Below, in pieces: positions 1-13,516 of a DNA stretch of 64,000 nt. The notes under the pieces were generated by a model, which saw only the letters and a list, made by a program, of their open reading frames with translations, had not been told where the DNA came from and ran no database searches. Within the stretch, counting starts at the first letter, position 1. The number at the start of each line of letters is the position of its first letter. This DNA is from Toensbergia leucococca. Its lineage: Eukaryota. The stretch covers positions 124,001 through 188,000 of the forward strand of contig JALDZS010000005.1 in NCBI GenBank assembly GCA_022813965.1. Direction: 5' to 3'. A program made the position numbers and the translations under genes.

Positions 1-2225
1 ACCATATTCGTCATGGGGGATGCCGCCCAGTTTCGGACTCTTTCCGGTGAAGAAAGATTTCCACCATGGCGCTCCTCTTTTTCTGGCGTGTTCGGTTGCC
101 CAATTCACCAAATCGGCAGTATTTTCGTCCGGACCCATGAACAGTATCTCCTCTTGCCCGTGAAGGTCGACGATTGGGTCCTTGATGCCAGGGCTAGTCG
201 GGGGCAGGAGAAGGTCCATGATGCTGTCAATGTATTTCTCGAAGGCTACCCTAACCTTGTCTTGGTGGTGAACGTCAAGCAGGATGACTCCTTTAGAACC
301 ACCTTCCGGTATGTCCTTGTTCTTGCGTTGTTGAGTATTGGCGAGGTTGTAATTTTCGTCGAACAGCGATCGAGCGTTGATGGAATAAGCCTCGCGATTC
401 CGAGACTTAACAATACGTATCCCTCCGCGGGCGATATCACGGAAACGAAGGTGAAAACCACGGAACTCCGAGCTAATGACCAGAAACATGCCGAACAATG
501 GTTGAGGGTATTCAACATCAGGAAGGAAATTAGGATTCAGTCGGAAACTTAAAGCAACTTTTGTCGGGGTATAGAAATTAGTCTTCAAAACGCCAGCATT
601 AAAAACACGGAAGGCTGTCATGACCATCTCATCATGCTCGTTTGCAACGCTTTTCGAGATTAACGATGTGAGCTCGGCATCGTTGAGTACTTTGTCAACT
701 TTTAAACGCAAGTAACTGAGAGTTGGGAGAAAATCATCTTGTTCGCCCCTGGTCTGGACATAATGTGTATTCGCAAAGGCCAAGTATAAGGATCGAACGA
801 GGTCTGGGTATTTGTTGATGATCTCAAGGATGTAGTCCGAGGTGAACGTTTCTGTTCGGAGACGCCGCTTGATCTTGGACAGCATCTCGGCATGCACGCT
901 ATTATTAGGGTCTAACAGAGAAGAAAGAGACGCGTATTCGGATCCAAGTCGATTGAGAAAATGTCCGACGAAAACCCATACGCAGTGAGAGTAGATGGTT
1001 TCCTGCAAGCTTAACCGTCCACTGGCAAAATGCGCCTGGAATTTGTTTTGGGGTATGCAATAAAGCAGCGAAACCTCCTTCATGATCTGATGGATAGAAG
1101 CCTCAATGGGGGGGTGCTTCATGTTGGCCGTCGTTTGCGGAAGTGGCCGTAGGTAGATGGACATGACCGTGACGCCGTTGGAAAACTGCTCAACGTACTT
1201 CCTAGAACTGGTAAGGCCATAGTAATGATAAAGGTCCGACAAAGCACTGAATAGTCCCATTGCAGAGCCTTGCCGGTAGGCAATAACAAGCCTTTTTTCT
1301 CTGCTGCCCTCGATTTCAAACATTTCAATGACAGGTCCAGTACGCGCAACAGCATTGTTCATGATTTGCTGGTATATCTCCTTGGTGTTTTTAGTGGCCT
1401 TCTGCAAGAACCGCTTCTCTCCAATCATATCCAGGTTTGTCTCTTCCAAACTAGGGTTTGGATTCGTGAAATAACACTTGTAGACAAAATAACAACGAAG
1501 CTGCTGATCCTTTTCACCTGGGAGGTGGCTGGCGGAACGGAAGGTCTCCACTCGGTAGCTATTGTTGCTTGTAGATCCATCAACGTATTTCTCATCAATC
1601 CGCTGCTCGTATCGAGGACCATCGACCACGCTGACACCGGGTTTGCTGGTATCTATGTAGACAGCGTGATCGACGGCTTCTTTGTCTAGTCGGATTTCTA
1701 GTCGTCCGTCATCTCGAGCATACGCCGCTACTTTTGCAGCGTATAATGAAAGAATGTGATTGACGATGGCTTCTGGAGCCTCTGTTTGAAAATACATGTC
1801 GTCGATACCGAGCTCGTTGTAAAACCAATGGGTCTCGGATTCGACAAACTCGGGAGGTATGAAGCCCTTCTCTTCGATCTGGTCCATTACTATAGAAATA
1901 TAAATTAGCACGATTTCATAGAATAACAAGAGAAAAGGATGAGGAATAGAGGTTCACCCTGTTCCATCTGCAGCTCTTTGCCCTCGAACTTGGGCGCATC
2001 ATATCCGGTACCTTCCTCCTGTAAGACTTTTTGCTGACTGGTACCAGGCACGCTTAGGTGAGTTGGTTGCGGCGAAGGCTCCCGACCTGGCGTTCGAATC
2101 ACTTGCTCCAAGAGCTTGTTGTGGACTCCATTCTGCGATGGATTATCCTGAGGGGCGACTGTGGTGATGGATTCGCGACGAGGTAATTCAACGGCTGGAG
2201 TTTTGTTCTGAAGAGTTTCCGGCAT
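1..2225 (-). CDS. GDH2: NAD-specific glutamate dehydrogenase, 5' part (runs off window start); intron 1890-1957
   Basis: MPETLQNK...REPSPQPTHL...KELQMEQ splices (G|gtgaac...tag) into an open minus frame VMDQIEEKGFIPPEFV...SKIKRRLRTETFTSDYILEII...LLFMGPDENT, typical of fungal NAD-GDH. The frame has no stop before position 1, which is why the ORF track omits it. Confidence 0.92.
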
Positions 2226-2407
2226 GGTGGGCACGGTCGGTACACGTGGAAGATCGTACAACGAGGCAAGTGGAATAGCCTTGAGAGGCGGGCAAAAGGC
2301 GCAACTGTTTTTCAGATGACGCTGGATATCTTGAGATGGGAGAATATCGGATATCAATCTAGTTGCTGAAAAAATGGGCTTGTAGTCGTAGACCGAGTGG
2401 TTTGTGC

Positions 2408-2415
2408 TGACGTCA
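2408..2415. promoter_or_regulatory. Perfect CRE palindrome TGACGTCA upstream of GDH2
   Basis: TGACGTCA lies about 180 bp upstream of the GDH2 ATG and matches the ATF/CREB bZIP consensus. Function not shown. Confidence 0.35.
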
Positions 2416-3348
2416 AAGGGCTTAAAACGTTCAACTTGGGCGTGACCATCCTCGCTAGTCGACCGTTGTCGATCAGGTACGGGTACCATGGCGAGGGACG
2501 ATAAGGGCTTCGTGCCCCAATCACGATCAGTTTAGAGACCCGTCTGGCACAATCCTCCTTCTCTACCGTTCCCTTTTTTCCAGGTGCAATTAATCCGATG
2601 CTTAGGAGATCGGCTTCTTTTTGTTCAGCGATGTCTCACAAATAAGCATTCATGTATGGCCCGTTGTGGCAAGAACATGTACCATATTTATACCATGTCG
2701 CAAGTACATACACCTTTGGACGTGGCTGAATCTCATCCTCTTGCCCTATTAAAAATTTTCACATAAAAAGGCCGAGGCGGAAATTTCAAATTACCGACCC
2801 TACCAAGGCGCTCGGGTTTCCTTTGAAACACTTGTCACAGATGAAGCTTTAAAAGACCGTTACTGTGCGCATGCCATAACAACTCTGTGCCCAATGCCGG
2901 CAAATCACACACCAATGCGATATGCGACGCCTTTTTAGCCTGAACGGTAACTTTTTGCCCAGACCCCTCAAACTCTCCTTGAAGACCCCTTGGAACCATC
3001 AGAACAAGGGTATCAGATCGAGTGCATCCACTCATTCGCAAGACGCAATATCCATCAATACCTAAGTGAATTGTATCAGACTCTGTTTGTGCGAAATCGA
3101 CAGCAGAGGTTCCCAAAATGTGGAGGCAGGAAAGGAATGGGTGCGTGCGAGATGTTATAGTCCTCGAATGCCTCAAAGAGCCAAATAAGGGCCTGCCAAC
3201 AGGGTACCTACCTACCTAGTCAACCATCAATGACAGGCGGCTACCCCGGATTTCATATCATGGGGCGCGTAAGAACCGTTTCTAAATAGTGCATTCTGCA
3301 CGTTCAGATCATGGAGAAAAGTATATCACCACATGGAATTTGTTATTC

Positions 3349-5279
3349 TTAATCATAGGCTTCAAAGCCCAGGCGCTCCATTCTCTCGGCTTTCTCTAGT
3401 ACCGAATTTGTTTGATCCAATAGATGTTTCTCCAGGCGCTTTCGGATGATTATATCAGAGGAACCTAAGATCCGCACCGCAAGCTGCGCTGCATTGACCG
3501 AGTTGTTGATGGCTACGGTGGCTACAGGACATCCTCTCTATGGGTAGTCAGTACTTGAAAATATACGAAGCGAGAGAACAGCCTGGCCCGAATTATATGA
3601 AACAGGCTTACGTACGGGCATTTGAGCTATACTCAATAAACTATCCATTCCATCTAGAACGCTAGCTTTCACGGGGACTCCAATGACGGGTAGCGATGTG
3701 AGGGATGCGATCATTCCTGGTAGGTGTGCTGCTCCACCAGCAGCTGCGATTATGACTCTGATACCTTTTGATGCGGCTTCTTGGGCAAATGTGAACATGC
3801 GATCCGGTGTACGGTGTGCAGACGTAATCGTCACACTATGAGGGATTCTCAACTCCTTGAGGAGACTGATGCCAGGCGCAAGGACAGAACGATCCGAATC
3901 GGAGCCCATGGTAACTGCTACCAGTGGTGATTCTACGTCATTTGATATCGCTTTCTGCATCTCAGAAATTGAAGCCGAGGTCAGACTTGACCCCGATGGG
4001 ATTTCCTGCTCTCCCCGAATGCGATCAACTAGCTCGATCAAGGGTTCTATTCGACTCTGAGCGTCGTCCATGGAATCTGCGATCACCGTGACGTGGGCCA
4101 TCTTGCGCCCAGGACGGGAATCTCCTTTCCCGTAGATATGTATCCTAGCCCCTGGTATCGACAAGGCTTCTTGGACTGCTAAACGATACGAGTTGAGTTG
4201 CGCACCCCCAAGGATGTTGAGCATGACGGCATTAGTATTAGAGGTTATGAGTCGTGTGCCTTCTTGCGATATTGGTAGATTCAGAATAGCCCTTATGTGA
4301 GCATCGTACTGAGATATTGGACACGCTTCAATAGTATAATGTCCCGAATTGTGAGGCCGGGGTGCAATTTCATTGACCAATATGTCCTCTGCATTGTAAG
4401 TATCCTCGCTTTTGATTGGACATGGGTATTGAATTTACCATTCTCAAGCAAGAACATTTCAACCCCGAAGACGCCCTTCCCCCAAAATGCCGCAACAGCA
4501 CGTCTGGCTAGGTCCTGTGCCTTCTGCGCCACGGATTGCGAAACATTTCGTGCGGGTGCATATACTAGCTTGCAAATACTGTCCTCGTGGATAGTCTCGA
4601 CAACCGGGTACGCCATAGTGGCCTTTTCCCAATCATCCGCAGCGTCATCGCCAATCTTGACTACCATGACGGCGAGTTCGGCTTCGAAGTGTACCCATTG
4701 CTCGGCATATAATGGTCGATCCTTGAGCGCTGTAAGAGCTGGCTGGATCTTCGATGCGGAGGTTACGGGATAATTGCCTCGCCCATCATAAGCATCTGTC
4801 CTCGACTTGAGCATGAATGGGTAATCAAGTTGGTCGGCAATTTGTTCAAGCTCTTCAACACTTGCACTATCGAGTGGCAACGAGAGTGCGGTAGCAATAC
4901 CATGCTCAAGGAGGTGTTCCTTCTGTCGATACTTGTCTTGGATGACTCTAAGGGTACGCCAGCTTGGCTGTACCTCGACTGTCGTGCTTCTGACCAATCT
5001 CCAATCATCCTTGATTTCGGTTCCGGAAGCTAAGTCTTCGAGTACATCTGTGTCAACGTGTTCAATTTCGACAGTCAATACATCACATTGTGCTGCTAGT
5101 TGGCGAATAGCCTTAGGATCGGTGAATGAGCCATTGACATGGTTGGGCTGTGCGTTGATCTGCTTTGCTGGGGAGGCCTCATTATCTAGTGTCAGGATGG
5201 TGATGTTGAGCCGATTGGCAGCCTCTGTGAGCATTCGCCCAAGCTGGCCGCCACCCAAGACTCCGATTGTCTTATCCAT
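3349..5279 (-). CDS. ADE2: Phosphoribosylaminoimidazole carboxylase (PurK ATP-grasp + PurE fusion); introns 4389-4438 and 3538-3615
   Basis: IGVLGGGQLGRM, TVEIEHVD, YDGRGN, NEIAPRPHNSGH, MGSDSD, SAHRTP, AGGAAHLPGM, and last exon RGCPVATVAINNSVNAA...GFEAYD* (TAA at 3349-3351). Confidence 0.97.
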
Positions 5280-6667
5280 AACTTATCTAGAATTATTGGC
5301 GACGAGAATTGTAAGACAAGATCGCAGCACTGCGGCCTGATTTCGCCTAAAAGGCGTCCGATTGAGGTGAAGCTTTCGCTTAAAATTTTCTCCAGGCACA
5401 TCTTCGGCATCGTCAGCCCTAACTGTCAATATCGTGTACTGTGTACCTTACCCCTTAATGATCTTCATACCCAATAATGGCCACAGAAAACATCATGATT
5501 CAGAGTCCAATGACACATTCGATCTAGCCCATCTGTACTCCGGGTCTTCGCCTTTAACCAGCAAATTCATGTATGTAGGTAGCAATAAATACCGGACCAC
5601 GTCACACATCGGGACAACGGACGGTGGGAATGACACATCGATTGTGATTATCACCACTCGGGCTTCAGATCTCCATGCTGTGGGTGCTATGTCTGAGTCA
5701 GGACCAAAGGCCGGTAAGATGTAATTGCTCAGCAATATTTGCGCCGGATACCGAAATGATGGAGGCCATTACCAGTCTCCAGTTACCACGCCTTAAATTA
5801 ACTTTACCTTAGGCCCTAATGTACGTTCTAAAGAGATTCCATGCGAGATTGCCTTAGGTCGGTGCAAAAGACCGGAAGCGCTCCCGTCATGCAGTCTGGG
5901 GTAATGTAAGGTAAGGTAACGCATTCGCGAGGAATATGCTTCTGGCATCGAAGTATTCCAGGACCAACTCGAAATACAACACCGATTTCCCAGATCCTTC
6001 CAACAAGACCTGACCCTAATGACTAACATCGAAACCCGGCAGAATCTCACCCAGTGCAATACCACGGTACCAACCTGCATTGCTTTTTGGGGGTGGACAG
6101 GTAACCACTGATAACACCTCACGATCCTCCACTGCCTCCAGCCTGTCGACTTGCACCCCCCTGTCTCAGCCATGTAAAATCATCCACGTCAGCCAAAAAT
6201 CACCTTGCGACAATCCTTGCATGTCTTTTCGGCGGTGAGACCGGGGAACAGGATTCAAAAAATTACTTGGTTCCTTGTTCCTGCCGGAAGCCGTGTCCTC
6301 CGCAATATTATTTCTGCCTGAAAGCACATAAAGTCTGCGAGCTTCCCCGGATTTCCTCCTAAAGCCGCTATAGTCCTACTGCTGACCGCAAGTATATTTG
6401 TGCATCTGTGATCTTTCATATCACCGGCCTCTAACAACACTTGACAGGTATTCTGTAGCCCAGACCAATCTGTAAGACTCTCAATTCTAAGTGACTCACA
6501 GCTTATGCATCCTGAATGGAGGCTGATACAAGTAATAGGTGATTCGTGCATCTCACCAGTAAATAGACCAACGACTAGCACGAGTCGCCATTCCTACTCC
6601 AAACTTCAGGACACCTTTTCCGACTACCATCCACCTGTCCACCGCTCTCAACCTCGCCACAGACACT

Positions 6668-6898
6668 ATGACCTCCAACCAAGCCCCGAACCGTCAACGC
6701 CTCTCCTTTCTCACTTCGCCAACCCTATGTCAAGACCTCTCTATAGCAATGGCAGCCTCCCCACGGCCAAAGTATGCCTTGAACATGTCAGTGGTGCAGC
6801 AACCGCCTCCTCCTCCGCCGTCACCTGTTGGCTTTCCTCTATCCTTGAAGGACTGGCCATCAAATAGCCACGATTCGGCAACGATGTGCAGGAGTTGA
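6668..6898 (+). CDS. Possible small protein with PPPPPPSP motif
   Basis: 76-aa ATG ORF after a C-rich leader. No recognisable domain. Confidence 0.25.
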   Translation: MTSNQAPNRQRLSFLTSPTLCQDLSIAMAASPRPKYALNMSVVQQPPPPPPSPVGFPLSLKDWPSNSHDSATMCRS

Positions 6899-7194
6899 TA
6901 GCGTAGAAGTGGGACCGCTGCTTTTTCTGATCGAATTTGGTTTTTTGTACAAGTACCAAGGCGCCAATTATGCTTGCGAGACTTTTTCTATGAAGGTCAG
7001 GTAGCAGATATTTTGGAGTATGCGGTTTTGGATTTTTAGATGATCGAAGATCTGGCCATCCCTACACATACAGAGCCATTTGAATTGGTAGATGGCTTGC
7101 TGGATATAGAGATGGAGCATTTGTACCTTAGAACCTCCAAGTTCTTCGCACGTCTGTTGCTTTCCCTGCCGAAAGAATTTCCAATGACATACCT

Positions 7195-9433
7195 TCACTT
7201 GCGCGCTAAATGCTGTCGGCGAAGAGTCAATACTCTGTTCCGCCACTCCTCCTCTGTCTCCCTTCTAGCAGTCTCGACACCAACGTCTTTGCGGTAAGCC
7301 TTAAGTTGTGCCGAAACATACTCATGCTCCTTTTGTTTAGACGAGTTCTTCAGATATCTGACATTTCTTGGCGATGATGCTGGCTTCCCTTGTGTGATGG
7401 CCTTGTTCACCGCTTGTTCCACGCGGTTTTCAAAAACTTCTGCCTGCATGAGGAGATCGTTGATGGACCTCCAATTTAGGTAGCGAAGCTCGTCGAGTGG
7501 ATATCCTGTTGAACTTTCTGGAGAAACCCGATGACCTCCGGTTGATTGTTCTGCTGCGTTAGGAGGCGCTAATGCGGGAGCGGAAGAGTCTGATGTGAGT
7601 TCATCATACAGCTTCCGTTGCCATGCTTCATTCCCTCTAGTTGACCATGGCCAGATAGATGGATGACCAAATGAAATATTCTTGAGATTGCGAAATCTTC
7701 TCTCCGCGATCTGGTCTCGTATAGTATCAAGTTCCTCGCCGATATCCCGGATATATTGGAAATGTGTCGTGCTTTTGGTAGAAGAGATGAACTTAGATGC
7801 GCCTATAACATTAGGCGTAGATATATCAAGTAGTCTTTTTAGTGAGGATTCCTTGGGAGCGTGCTTTGACATTTGCAGCTGTTCGAGAGCGTATGATTCA
7901 ATCCCGGCCTTCGAACAAGCTATACAGAGCGTTATCCACTTATCCATGGATTTTTTTCCTTCTTCAGGACCACACTCGTTCCAACGAGCCCATGCTGACT
8001 GCACCATTGAAGCGTCTTTCAAATTTCCGCCTGATACAACGAGGCGGCTGTAAGTATGTTGATCTGCCGTGAGCCCTGCAGCTTTCATTCTTTTCAATGC
8101 CAGCGTGACTATTTCCACCTGCCCCAGCCTTCCACCTAGTGATATCATTTCGCTGAATGTCAAAAGATTGGGCAATACACCCAAGACACAAAACAGATCT
8201 TGAAGCTGTTCGAATAATTTCGTTACGGATTGGCTCACATCGTTGGCATACAATGTGTTATCTATGGGTGATCCAATGAGGTCTGGCAAGAGTGCCATAA
8301 TGCCCCTGAACAGACAATTCAGATGCGGAGCTTCTGCTTTGTTTCCCGACGCGATATATGCTTGAAGTGCGCGGAGCATAGCTCTCACGAGATCAAGGTT
8401 AAGATCGACATCTCCTCCAATTTCTTGCGCATCTATTAGGTGATCAAGAACCACAGTTAGTGATTTTGCGCTAACAGTACTTCCTGATTGGCAGGCCATG
8501 CAAAAGACCTGATATACTTCGTTAAGAGGTCTTTCGTAGAGGAATATTTGGTAGACCCGGGGAGGAATTTGTGTGGGATGAAGTCTGAAGGCCGTATCAA
8601 GCGATAAATAGGCGCCCTGCCAATCACCATGTAGTAGTTGTGCACATATCATACCTTGTAATAAAGACATACTTATACCACGGGAAAGCATGTGCTCAGC
8701 CCGATCTGGCACGATGGCTCCGGAAGATAGATGATAATCGTTGAAGTCGACATTGAAACGCTTCAGGGCATGGTTATAGACTTCTTCGCAATACTCGAGA
8801 TCTCTGCCATAAGCTGCCAGAAGCTCAATGCCGGCGCCATAAGCTTGGATGCTGACATAGTTGTCATCTTGCTGAATCAACCAATTCCAGAAATCTAGAC
8901 CGTCATCGAAATTTCCTGCCTCTTTATAATAGCCAATCAACGATATAGCGGCTCTTTTATGCGGCGGCAGCCTCCTCTTCTTGTAGTTGTCGATGAAATC
9001 CCTCACATGATTGGACAAAGCCTCGGGGCTTACTTTGCTCTTCTTTGTACGATGCTCTACATGGAGCAGTCGGGCAATTTCGTAGGTGTCCATGGGATGG
9101 AGCAGTTTCCGCTGGAGGAGAAGTGGATATGCCTCCATCACTTTGTTTACATCTCCAATAGTCAACTGCTCGCGAAATTGTAGTAACTTGAATGGTCTGG
9201 TCAATACCAGAATACACTGATGAAATAGGTAAGCTTACCAGATCATCGAAGACGTGACGAGCTGGCGGCTTGGACCTCACAACACTTCCCTGCACCCCAG
9301 GCCTCTCAAGACTAAAGCGCTTGAATGTTGATGCATTTTTGATGAAGGAGAAAGTGAAGCGTGTTGGATACAAGAACTTTGTAAGTGAACCAGAAATACC
9401 GGCAGGGTTACGGCGAAGAAAGAATCGCGACAT
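7195..9433 (-). CDS. PPR/helical-repeat protein, probably mitochondrial; intron 9187-9238
   Basis: Arg/Ser/Phe-rich presequence-like N-terminus MSRFFLRRNPAG. A phase-0 splice (ctg|gtaagc...aag|TTA) joins it to the 669-aa ORF, which has PPR-like segments (PNLLTFSEMISLGG, MKAAGLTADQHTYSRLV). Confidence 0.75.
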
Positions 9434-9710
9434 GTGATGCTTCAGATAAATCAAAGGAAGAGAAAAACGCCGCTCATCCAAAGAAACAGGCGACCACAGC
9501 TTTTTATATGTCGAGGTTGTTGGAGTACGAGAGTACCTGGTAACTACCTCAGTCCTCAGCCTCTTTGGAAAATTTAGAGTTTGGTGGCGCTTCTCTAACC
9601 TTAGCTGTATGAATACCCTGTGCAGATCATCCGGCAAAGGATGATGTTGGAGAAAACCGATGGCCGAGGGACTAAAAAAGTGAACATCCTAAGACCTTCG
9701 CCAACTCGCC

Positions 9711-11709
9711 ATGCCTCCTTCGACACTACTCGTGCCCTCGAAGAAAAGTGGTCAAGTACGAAAAGTAGTTCCGCTCGAATCAAATGGCGACTCCGATGCT
9801 ATCAGCGATATCCAGAGCCACGATCCATTGGAAAAGGATGAGACTGAAATTAAGCTTGAAAAGCTAGTTTTTGGAGACAAGACGGGCTTTCACGACGCCT
9901 TGAAATCCCACCAAACGAGTCTTGCTAGAGTAGATTTGGAAGAGGACGAAGAAGCTGCCCTTCAAGATACTTCAAAGGATGAAGGACTAGAAAGCCTCGA
10001 TGATGCTGATGTACACATCATGTTCCTAGCCTAGAAAATAGCTTACATAGTCCTCAGCTCTTCTTCCTCGACTCTGTGCCGTCAACCGTAAACGATTCAA
10101 ATATTGTGCTCCTCCAAAATTCAGACAATGAGGAAGAAACGTTCCCAGGAGGTAACCCACCAGCTTGGATCGACAGCGACGACGAACGCATCGTCGTCTC
10201 TTTAGCCTCAAATCCTCGACTCCGCAAGTTACGACACAATGATTCAGAGGACCTCGTCAACGGTAGAGAATACACCAAGCGACTACGTCAGCAATTCGAA
10301 CGTTTGTACCCTGTTCCCGAGTGGGCGAACCCTTCCGCTGCGAAAAAGCCATCTCATAGAAAACGAAGACGGCCATCAAACGCTACCGACAGCTCAGCTG
10401 AAGACTTATCCGTGGATGATATGTCCATTGACTCTGATGATCTCTCCGCACAACCCTTAGCCAAACTCCTCCAGAACTCCGAAAGCCTTATTGCTGGCCC
10501 ATCACCCCACAAAAAGTTCCGCCCCGAAGTAATTGACATTCAACGCACCAAAGACATCGGTGGCGTTCAACCGGTACGTCTTCCACCAAAAACCTCATCA
10601 CAATTTCTTCAGACTAATAGTTCCCTCCATGACCTTAGTCAGCCATAACATCACTCTCCTTCCATCCCACCTACCCCCTCCTCCTCTCTTCAGGTCCTTC
10701 CTCCACCCTCTCCCTCCACCACTTATCCCCCCACCCCCCCAATCCAAATCCTCTCCTTACAACCCTCCACCTCCGCTCTACACCTCTAACAACAAGCACC
10801 TTCCTGCCGCCTCAAGGCAACAAAATCTTTTTCTCCGCCCGCCGCCGCTACTTCCACGCCTGGGATCTCTCATCCGGCAAAGTCTCCAAAATCTCCCGTG
10901 TCTACGGCCACCAGGACGAGCAACGTAGCATGGAGCGCTTCAAACTCTCACCCTGCGGCCGATGGATGGGCATTGTGGGAAGCGGCCGGAAAGGCGGGGG
11001 CCTAGTTAACATCATGGACGCAGTAACATGTCAATGGGTCGCGCAAGTCCGCGTAGAAGGCAAAGGTGGTGTCGCGGACTTTGAATGGTGGGGTGACGGC
11101 GAGGGCATGGTTGTCATCGGTAAAGGCGGCGAGGCTGTCGAGTGGAGCGGACTAGACAAAAGAGTCCTTGGGCGATGGATCGACGAAGGGGCTGTGGGCA
11201 CCACCGTCATGACGCTTGGAGGTAAGGGCACGGGCGACAAGGCCCTCGGGGGCGATCGCTGGGTTGCGGTCGGTAGCCAGAGCGGCGTGGTCAATATCTA
11301 TGATCGACGGGGCTGGCTTAAAACGGGCGTGGCCGAGAAGCCAAACCCGACGAGGGTGCTGGATCAATTGACGACGCCGGTCAGCCATCTGGAGTTTTCG
11401 GAGAACGGGCAGCTTCTTGTAATGGCAAGTCGGTGGAAAAGGGACGCGTTGAAGCTGGGTGAGTTGATTCCCTATCTTTGTCGTCTTTCGAGAAGGCTGT
11501 TTGGCGCCAGGGGCAGGGTTGTGTGGAGAGAATTTGCTGATTCGCGTCGCTTGTTAGTGCATCTGCCATCTTGCACCGTCTATCGCAACTGGCCTACTTC
11601 GAACACGCCGCTAGGTCGGATCACGGCCGTGGGGTTCGGACCTGGCTCGGATGCACTGGTGGTGGGGAACGAGCAGGGGAAGATTCGGATGTGGGAGATT
11701 CGGAGCTAG
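9711..11709 (+). CDS. UTP18: U3 snoRNA-associated WD40 protein Utp18; introns 10011-10057, 10574-10638, 11459-11557
   Basis: PAWIDSDDE, RLRKLR, YTKRLRQQFERLYPVPEWA, SAITSLSFHP, WD repeats, and C-terminal VHLPSCTVYRNWPTSNTPLGRIT...GKIRMWEI, all typical of Utp18. Confidence 0.92.
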
Positions 11710-11884
11710 GGGTGTTACATTTGCATTACTTGGCAATTGTGACGCTGCACACAATCCTAACAGCGTATGAATGCATTGTTCTTTCAATATTCGTGTTTAT
11801 GCTTCGTAGCGTCATATGTAAGCATCTATGTCTTACCCCAGCCCTCGACAAGCAAGTTCCACCACAGCTTCCCAGCTCTCCTCA

Positions 11885-13516
11885 TCAGACAAGGCCCTCG
11901 GTATTCCGAATCCCAGCAAGATTGCCCTCCTTGATCCGCTTGATCGTCAACGCCGCTATCAAGGCCGCCCCAACACCAGACCCATCCTCCGCAGCGCTCA
12001 AAATTACTTGATCCTTCTCTCCCTTCTTCCAGTCCAAGATCTCCCGTAGCGCCACCGCGCCCCGCGCCTTGAAATGTGGGTATTTGTTGAACACGCTGCC
12101 GTCGGCCCCAACGTGGCAGGATTTGATTTCCTTTTTCTTGCAGATGGCCGCGACACCGCAGGCCGAGAGGCGGGCCGCCCGCGTGCCGATCAGCTCCGCT
12201 AGTCGACGGCAGAGTTCGAGCTCGGGTTTGTTGGTTGTGATACCGAGTTTTGCCAGGAACAGGTCGTGGGTCTCGGACAAATTTTCAAACGGGTCTTCTT
12301 CGATCATGGAGAGGAAAGAGGAGTCGAGGGTGTAGGCTTTCTTTAGCTTGCTGATGTCTTGGTCTTTGAAGATGCTGACGTTTTTGTTCTCGTGCAGGTC
12401 TACGAGGACGAGACGGAAGATCTCGCCGAGGTAGAGGCCTGCGATCATTTTCTCAAAGGCTTGCTGGCCGGGGCGGGGGGAGTCGCGATCGATGACGATG
12501 TCGAAGGCTGTGCGTGGGAGGACAACATGTTCGTTGTCGAAGGCGCCGTATTCGCAATTTATGGCGATGGGCATATCCGGGGGAAGATTCATGTGGGCGA
12601 TCTTTGGGACGGAGCCACAATTCTCCATGTAGGCAGCGTTGCAGCCGGTGCCGAAGATGCAGCCAATCTTCATGGCGCTGTCGGTGTAGGATGAGGCGAT
12701 GAGGGTGCCTGTCGTGTCGTTGATGAGGGCCGCGAGCTTGATTGGGAGGCCACGTTTCTTAAGAGCAGCTTCGAACGGGGGCACGACGTCTTTACCTTCG
12801 ACTCCAGCGATATCGAAACCCTTTGTCCATCGCTGTAGAACACCATGGTCAATGTAGTCTTGGGTAGCTGGGTATGAGAACGTGAAACCAAGGGGGATGT
12901 TGGTGAGCCCTTCGTCCTCGTGATGGTATTCGATGAATTGTTGCAAGCAGTCGGCAATGTATTCCCACAGTTCTTCGGCATCTCCAGACTTCAGCTCCTC
13001 GGGCATACGGTACTTTGATTGTATGATGTCGTAAAGGCCCTTCTCATCAGACAGAACAATCTCGCAGACACGAAGATTGGTACCGCCCATATCCAGCGCA
13101 AGAAATGTGCCTGTTTCGTCTCCGGTAGGATATCCCATGACCCAAGTGGTATTCATTGGCTGTACGCCAGATGGTCAGCAAGAAGCTAGAGGCATAGGCT
13201 GCTTTGGTCACTGACAATGCTACCGCCCTCGACACTCAGACCTGGTCCAAAGTTAACTCTGCATGTACGTTGTCATTTGATCAGGCGAGGATGCACCCTT
13301 CTCTAGCTCCTTCACGAAGTGATTTGTCACCTCTTTCAATTTGGCGCCGTCAACTGTAAAAAGCCTCTCCAATTCCTTGATTTGTTCGAGGAGGTCCTTG
13401 GGCACATCGGCCATGGACCCTGGTTGCTTGCACCATCAGATGGGTATCTCAACGACGAGGAGTAAAAAAGACGCACCCCTGCGAGAAGGGGGCTTTCTAG
13501 CACCGAGTCCAACCAT
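11885..13516 (-). CDS. HXK: Hexokinase; introns 13420-13476, 13242-13296, 13160-13215
   Basis: MVGLGARKPPSRRGSMAD N-terminus, FLALDMGGTNLRV, LGFTFSYPA, INDTTGT, IFGTGCN, NCEYGAFD, AEDGSGVGAAL. Confidence 0.97.

Noticed and set aside
13..1689. Plus-strand ORFs 13-552 and 1270-1689
   Set aside because: Antisense shadows of the GDH2 coding frame, with no independent gene signals.
10533..10928. Poly-proline ORF
   Set aside because: Alternative frame of a C-rich UTP18 exon. The real frame reads SAITSLSFHP…
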